This document shows positions 57,915 to 64,000 of a stretch of 64,000 nucleotides of DNA, piece by piece (the first letter of the stretch is position 1; every line of letters begins with the position of its first letter). A program made the position numbers and the translations under genes. This stretch comes from Candidatus Latescibacterota bacterium (GTDB lineage Bacteria > Krumholzibacteriota > Krumholzibacteriia > WVZY01 > JAKEHA01). The notes under the pieces are model-generated. The model ran no database searches. It had not been told where the DNA came from and was given only the letters and a program-made list of their open reading frames with translations. The DNA lies in assembly GCA_963707635.1 (NCBI GenBank), contig OY970173.1, forward strand, positions 2,801,489-2,865,488, given 5' to 3'.

Positions 57915-59177
57915 TCAGCGCGCCTGCCGGTACCAGTGCACGAGTTCGCGCAAGGACGGCGGCTTTCCGTACATGAGCGCCCCCACTCGAAACACGCGCG
58001 CGGCGAAGTTGATCGTGAAGTAGATCGAGACCGCCAGGAGGGCCATGCTCAACGCCACCTGCCAGGCGGGCGGCTGAATCAGGATGATCCGGGCGAGCAT
58101 CACCATGGGGCTGAACAGCGGCAGGAGCGAGAGCGTGACGGCGAGCGGGCTGTTCGGGTTCTGAATCAGGAGCATCAGCGTGAGCAGCGGCACGATCAGG
58201 GGGAGCGTGATCAGCCCCTGGAGTTGCTGCGCGTCCTGATCGGTGCTGCACATCGCCCCGACCGTCATGAACAGGGCGGAAAACAGCAGGAACCCGAGGA
58301 CGAAGAAGCCCAGGAAATAGACGAACACGATCGGCGCGATGTGGACGGACGACAGGATCGCCACCACGCCGGTGGCGGCGTAGCGTGCTGACCGCGGCGC
58401 CGATCAGCGCCCAGATGGTGAGCTGCGTCAACCCGGCCAGCCCCACCCCGATCAGCTTCCCGGCCATGAAATCGCGCGGGGTCACCGAGCTCAGGATCAC
58501 TTCCATGATGCGCGTGCCCTTCTCCTCGATGATGCTCTTGGAGATGGTGACGCCCCAGGAGAGGAGCGCCATGTAGAGGATCAACGTGAACGCGAACACG
58601 ACCCCATAATCGCCCATCACGTTCTTCTTCTCCACGCCGCCCGCGGCGGTCACCTGGCTCATCTCGAGACTGACGGCGGTCGTGAGCGACTTCACGCGCC
58701 CGTAGTCCAGCCCCTCCGCGGCGAGGCGCTGCTTGATCACGATGTCGTTGAGCGCGTCCTCGATGCGCGTGAGCACGTTGAAATTCCGCTCGTCGCGCGT
58801 GATGTACCCGGCCTTGCCGTCGTCCAGCACGGACGCCGGAATGGTGATGACGATATCGAACACTCCGTTCTGCACATCGCCGACCCGGGCCGTGCGTTCG
58901 GCCTCGAACCGGTCGCCCGGCGCCACCCCGACCGTCGACGCGTATTTCGGGCTCCCGTCGTCGAGCGTATCGGTGAGCGCCGCCGCCAGCTCCGCGCCCA
59001 TGGCACCGGTCTGGTCCAGGATCGCCACCCGGTAGCTCTTGGCCGGCTCCAGCACCGAAAACAACACCGGCACGACGACGAAGACCAGCATCAGCACCGG
59101 CACCAGCAGCGTGCTGATGATGAAGCTCTTACGCCGGACGATCTCGGTGTACTCGCGGCGGATGATCCGGGTGGTTT

Positions 59178-59181
<4 letters not shown>
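57915..59181 (-). CDS. ABC-2 type transporter permease, apparent frameshift near 58385
   Basis: The N-terminal ~265 aa are in the frame of ORF 57898..59181; the remaining TM helices are in the frame of ORF 57915..58367. The junction lies in ...gcgtagcgtgctgaccgcggcgcc... Confidence 0.6.
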
Positions 59182-60083
<902 letters not shown>

Positions 60084-60085
60084 CG

Positions 60086-60763
60086 CTATCGCTCGCGCGC
60101 CAGCTCGAAGCGAAGCAGCATCTCGCGCATTTCGACCAGCGCGCGATAGCGATGGCTGGTCCGGTTCTTCTCCGCGGCGGTCATCTCGGCCAGGGTCTTG
60201 CGGGAGGCGGCATCCACGAACACGGGGTCGTAGCCGAACCCGTGGGTGCCGCGGGGTGCGAGTGCGATCTCGCCCGGCAGGACGCCGTCGGCGAGCAGGC
60301 AATCGGCGCCGCCGGGCGGCACCTCGGAGCCGCGCGCCGCCACCGCGGCCATGCGCTCCGCATCCGCAGGGACGAGTGCCAGCGCCATCACGGTGCGAAA
60401 GCGTGCGCCGCGCCGGCCCTCGGCCACGCCGTTCATTTCGCGCAGCAGCCTGGTGCAGTTGTCCGCGTACGATGCCTTCTCCCCCGCGTAGCGGGCCGCG
60501 AGCACGCCCGGGGCACCCCCCAGCGCGTCGACCTCGAGCCCGGTGTCGTCGGCCAGCGCGGAGCAGCCGGTGTGCCCCCGCGCCTCGCGTGCCTTCTTGA
60601 GCGCGTTTGCTTCGAGCGTGGCGCCGTCTTCGACCGTCGCGGGGGCAGTTGGAAACGCATCCAGAGTCGTGACCTCGACGTCGATATCCGACAGCAGGTC
60701 GAGGATTTCGCGCGCCTTGTCCCGATTGTGCGTGGCCAGCACCAGCCTCACGTCCGCCCTCAT
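60086..60763 (-). CDS. rdgB: Non-canonical purine NTP pyrophosphatase (RdgB / Ham1 family)
   Basis: LVLATHNRDKAREI...EDGATLEANALKKA...GFGYDPVF pattern. Confidence 0.8.
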   Translation of the reverse strand: MRADVRLVLATHNRDKAREILDLLSDIDVEVTTLDAFPTAPATVEDGATLEANALKKAREARGHTGCSALADDTGLEVDALGGAPGVLAARYAGEKASYADNCTRLLREMNGVAEGRRGARFRTVMALALVPADAERMAAVAARGSEVPPGGADCLLADGVLPGEIALAPRGTHGFGYDPVFVDAASRKTLAEMTAAEKNRTSHRYRALVEMREMLLRFELARER

Positions 60764-61470
60764 TTGATCCCGAGCGCCGTGCGCTGCGCTTGGAACAGCG
60801 CCGTGCACCCGTTGTGCGCGAGCCGCAGCATCTCGTCGAACTGCACCCGGGTGAACGGCATTCGCTCCGCGGTGCCCTGCACTTCGATGTAGGCACCGCT
60901 TTCCGCCATGACCACGTTCAGATCGACGTCGGCGGTCGAGTCCTCATGGTAGGCGAGGTCGAGCGCCGGGCGTCCGTCCAGCATGCCCACGCTCACCGCC
61001 GAGACCAGGAAGTTGATGGGACTCTGCTTGAGCTCGAGCGTGCGAATCGCGTCGTAGAGCGCCACGCAGGCGCCGGTGACGGACGCGGTCCGCGTGCCGC
61101 CGTCGGCCTCGATGACGTCGCAGTCGACGATGATCGTGTTCTCGCCCAGCATCTCCATCGCCACCGCCGCCCGGCAGCTGCGCCCGATGAGGCGCTGAAT
61201 CTCGTGCGTGCGCCCGCTGCGCCCGCGCTCCGCCTCGCGCTTGATGCGGTCGCGCGAGCTGCGCGGGAGCATGCCGTATTCGGCCGTGATCCAGCCGCGC
61301 CTCTCGCCCATCATCCAGCGCGGGACGCCCGGCTCCAGCGTGGCGCTGCAAATCACCCGCGTCTCGCCGATTTCGATCAGCGCCGAGCCTTCGGCGTGGC
61401 GCAGGTACCCGCGCTCGATGCGCACGGGGCGAAGTTGTTCGAGCGAGCGTCCGTCTTTTCGCATTAGCAC
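60760..61470 (-). CDS. rph: Ribonuclease PH
   Basis: RPH-type motifs including RxDGR (MRKDGRSLEQLRP), SATLEPG and CDVIEADGGTRTASVTGA; overlaps rdgB by 4 nt, the common rph-rdgB arrangement. Confidence 0.85.
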   Translation of the reverse strand: MLMRKDGRSLEQLRPVRIERGYLRHAEGSALIEIGETRVICSATLEPGVPRWMMGERRGWITAEYGMLPRSSRDRIKREAERGRSGRTHEIQRLIGRSCRAAVAMEMLGENTIIVDCDVIEADGGTRTASVTGACVALYDAIRTLELKQSPINFLVSAVSVGMLDGRPALDLAYHEDSTADVDLNVVMAESGAYIEVQGTAERMPFTRVQFDEMLRLAHNGCTALFQAQRTALGIK

Positions 61471-61595
61471 CTCTTCATGCCATTACGCGGGTCCTGGCGC
61501 CGACAGCCCGGGGCGGCTCGTTTCGTCCGCGCCTGCGCACTAGACTCACTCGCCGCCCGGGCACCCGTCGGCGCCACCCGCTCGTGCAGGAGATC

Positions 61596-62393
61596 CTATA
61601 GCACGGAGACCAGTTCGATGTCCGCCACGCGGCGTCCCAGGAATCGCGTGGCGATGTCGCCGAAACTCGGGCTGGTATCGCTCAACACGATGTGGAATTC
61701 CCCCGTGCCGGAGGGCGCGGCGATCCCGCGCGCCGCGAGCACGCGCGCCACCTCGCGCGCCGTTTCCACCGCCGAGTCCACCAGCGTGACACCCGCGCCC
61801 AACACCCCGGTGATCACCGGCTTGAGAAGCGGATAGTGCGTGCACCCCAGCACGAGCGCGTCGATGTTCGTGCCTTCGTACGGCCGCAGGTACTCCTGGG
61901 CGACCAGCCGCGTCACCGGCGTGTCGATCCAGCCTTCCTCGACCAGCGGGACGAACAGCGGGCAGGCCTGCGGAATTACCACCGCGTCGGGCAGCGCGGC
62001 GAGGATCTTCGCCTGGTACGCCCCCGACCGGATGGTGCCCGGGGTGCCGATGACGCCGATGCGGCGGCGCCGGGTGGCCGCGACGGCGGCGCGCACGCCG
62101 GGTTCGATCACGCCCACGATCGGGACCGGAAACTCGTGCTCGAGCTCGGGAAGCGCCTCCGACGACGCGGTGTTGCACGCGATCACGACCATCTTCACAC
62201 CCCGGTCGAGGAGGAAGCTGACGTTCTCGCGCGAGAAGCGGCGCACGGTGTCGGCGCTCTTGGTGCCGTAGGGCACGCGCGCCGTGTCGCCAAAATAGAC
62301 GTACGACTCCGAGGGCAGGTGCCCGAGCAGCTCCTTGAGCACGGTCAGCCCGCCGATCCCGGAATCGAACACGCCGATGGGTTGTTTCGACAT
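61596..62393 (-). CDS. murI: Glutamate racemase
   Basis: IGVFDSGIGGLTVL at the N-terminus, VIACNTAS (first catalytic Cys) and LGCTHYPLL (second catalytic Cys). Confidence 0.85.
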   Translation of the reverse strand: MSKQPIGVFDSGIGGLTVLKELLGHLPSESYVYFGDTARVPYGTKSADTVRRFSRENVSFLLDRGVKMVVIACNTASSEALPELEHEFPVPIVGVIEPGVRAAVAATRRRRIGVIGTPGTIRSGAYQAKILAALPDAVVIPQACPLFVPLVEEGWIDTPVTRLVAQEYLRPYEGTNIDALVLGCTHYPLLKPVITGVLGAGVTLVDSAVETAREVARVLAARGIAAPSGTGEFHIVLSDTSPSFGDIATRFLGRRVADIELVSVL

Positions 62394-62399
62394 GGCTTC

Positions 62400-63008
62400 C
62401 TAACGCCAGTCGCGGACGTAGAACGGCTCGTCCGCGCGAATGTGTCCCGCGATGGTTTCGATCTGCGAGCCGTCGACCAGGATCTGCACCTTCTGCACCT
62501 CGGGGAAGTTCTCTCCCACGGTGCGGACGATCGAGGCAACGGTGCAGTACTCGGCCGCGCTGCCCCCGGGGTGCGACGCGACCAACTCGCTCGAGAAATC
62601 GAGATACACCGTTCCGCTGTCGGTGTCCACCATCACCGCCAGCAATCGCGTATCGGCAGGGATGGCGCTCAGCGCCTTCGGGTCTTCCGGTCCGGTCAAG
62701 AGCGCGTCGACGACCTGGCGGAGCTGCTCGTCGATCCGGTGCCCCACCGCCACCTCCCGGGGCTCGCTCACCAGCACGGGCTCGTCCGCGCCGGCGAAGT
62801 ACAGCGTCACCGTGCGGCTCCCTTCCGGGACCCGCTCCACCCGCGTCGGCGCCGGCGCCTCCGGCTCCTTCGGGCCCCGGGCCGTGAACCACAGCACCAC
62901 CCCCAGCACCACCGCCGCCACCACGGCGATCGCGATCAGATGACGGGCGCGCAGTCCGTCATGCCGATCCGGGTGTTCCTCCATCATCGGGTCGAAGGGA
63001 TCCGACAC
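62400..63008 (-). CDS. GerMN domain-containing protein
   Basis: N-terminal TM anchor, then a GerMN-like pattern (TVTLYFAG...VYLDFS...VQILVDGSQIETIAGH). Confidence 0.5.
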   Translation of the reverse strand: MSDPFDPMMEEHPDRHDGLRARHLIAIAVVAAVVLGVVLWFTARGPKEPEAPAPTRVERVPEGSRTVTLYFAGADEPVLVSEPREVAVGHRIDEQLRQVVDALLTGPEDPKALSAIPADTRLLAVMVDTDSGTVYLDFSSELVASHPGGSAAEYCTVASIVRTVGENFPEVQKVQILVDGSQIETIAGHIRADEPFYVRDWR

Positions 63009-63009
63009 G

Positions 63010-63894
63010 CTACCGGTACCTTTCCTGCATGCGGCGAATCGCCTCCACGATCCCCTCCGCCACCCGGCGGTGGAAATCCGGGTCCACCAGCATCCGTTCC
63101 TCGGCCGGGTTGGACAGGAAGGCGGTTTCGATCAGCACCGCCGGCATCTTCGCCCCCTGGAGCACGACGAAGTTGGCCTGCTTCACACCGCGGCTCGCCA
63201 GCTGCACGCGCGACATCATCTCGCGCTGGATGTACTCCGCGAACGTGCTGCTCTGCGCGATGTACTCGTTTTGAACCAGGTCCCACAGGATGAACTCGAC
63301 GTCGCCGCGCGGTCCGCCCTCGTCCCCGTTGCCGGCCGCGTTCTCGAACCGCGCCAGCGCGCGGTCGGACTCGCTGCGCGCCGGCGAGAGAAAGTAGGAC
63401 TCGAACCCGCCGGTGTGGTCGTTGAACCAGCTGTTGCAATGGATGCTGACGAAGAGGTCGGCGCCCGAGGTGTTCGCGATCTCGGTGCGCTCGCGCAACT
63501 CCACCAGCCGGTCGTCGTCGCGGGTCATGACCACCTCGAGCTGCAGCTCCTCCTGGATGCGGTCCCGCACCGCGCGGGCGATGGCGAGCGTCACGTCCTT
63601 CTCGAACACCCCGCTCGCGCTTTCCTTGCCGACCTCGCGCCCGCCGTGACCGGCGTCGATGCAGATCTTGTCGATCACCAGGCCCGCGCGCTCGCCCGCG
63701 GCCTCGTCGACCACTTCGACCCCGCCGGCTTCCGGCTGGCCGCTGCGCTCGAGCACGATGACGAGCTGGGGCGGGGTGTCCACGCGGTCGACCCGCATGC
63801 GCCGGACGTCGCGCGAGATGTCGATGGTCACGAACGCGTCGCGCTCGCTCTGCTCGGCGCGCACGCCGGATACCAGGCCGCGTTTTTCGCTCAC
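63010..63894 (-). CDS. N-acetylmuramoyl-L-alanine amidase (AmiC-like); 5' end may extend beyond the first ATG
   Basis: Amidase_3-type catalytic region (ICIDAGHGG...DLFVSIHCNS...) preceded by an AMIN-like N-terminal region; the real start is unclear. Confidence 0.7.
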   Translation of the reverse strand: MSEKRGLVSGVRAEQSERDAFVTIDISRDVRRMRVDRVDTPPQLVIVLERSGQPEAGGVEVVDEAAGERAGLVIDKICIDAGHGGREVGKESASGVFEKDVTLAIARAVRDRIQEELQLEVVMTRDDDRLVELRERTEIANTSGADLFVSIHCNSWFNDHTGGFESYFLSPARSESDRALARFENAAGNGDEGGPRGDVEFILWDLVQNEYIAQSSTFAEYIQREMMSRVQLASRGVKQANFVVLQGAKMPAVLIETAFLSNPAEERMLVDPDFHRRVAEGIVEAIRRMQERYR

Positions 63895-64000
63895 GCTGAA
63901 CGCGCGCAGGTCGACGCGGCCGCCGTAGAGCTTCAGGCGGATCAGCCCGGGCGTCCCGCTGTCGACGTGGTAGACCAGCGGCTCGGTGAGGTGGAGCGTG

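Overview
GC-rich bacterial chromosomal segment of 64 kb, read by eye from the sequence and the ORF track; no searches or folding programs were run. I call about 55 protein-coding genes, one tmRNA (ssrA) and four tRNAs (Lys-CTT, His-GTG, Arg-TCT, Pro-TGG); all five RNA genes are on the minus strand and encode their CCA ends. The lineage is unknown; the abundance of T9SS-type C-terminal sorting domains suggests an FCB-group or Gemmatimonadota-like genome, but that is a guess. Main points: (1) ssrA at 29045..29416 sits at the end of an array of repeats derived from its own 3' end, comprising three ~175-bp elements and two identical 45-bp repeats; (2) tRNA-Lys at 47455..47529 is likewise followed by copies of its 3' end plus a terminator hairpin, each bounding a single gene; (3) six secreted proteins carry a T9SS-type C-terminal domain, including a pentaheme c-type cytochrome, M6 and M36-like metalloproteases and repeat proteins; (4) a four-gene peptidase / RimK-like ATP-grasp / GCS2 ligase / formylglutamate-amidohydrolase operon; (5) a carrier protein / stand-alone adenylation enzyme / acyl-CoA-dehydrogenase triad; (6) an ECF sigma factor coupled to a Ser/Thr kinase; (7) five apparent single-nucleotide frameshifts in four otherwise intact genes, which may be assembly indels or real pseudogenes. 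No integrase, transposase, CRISPR array or rRNA was seen. Many long antisense ORFs in the track are treated as GC-driven artefacts.
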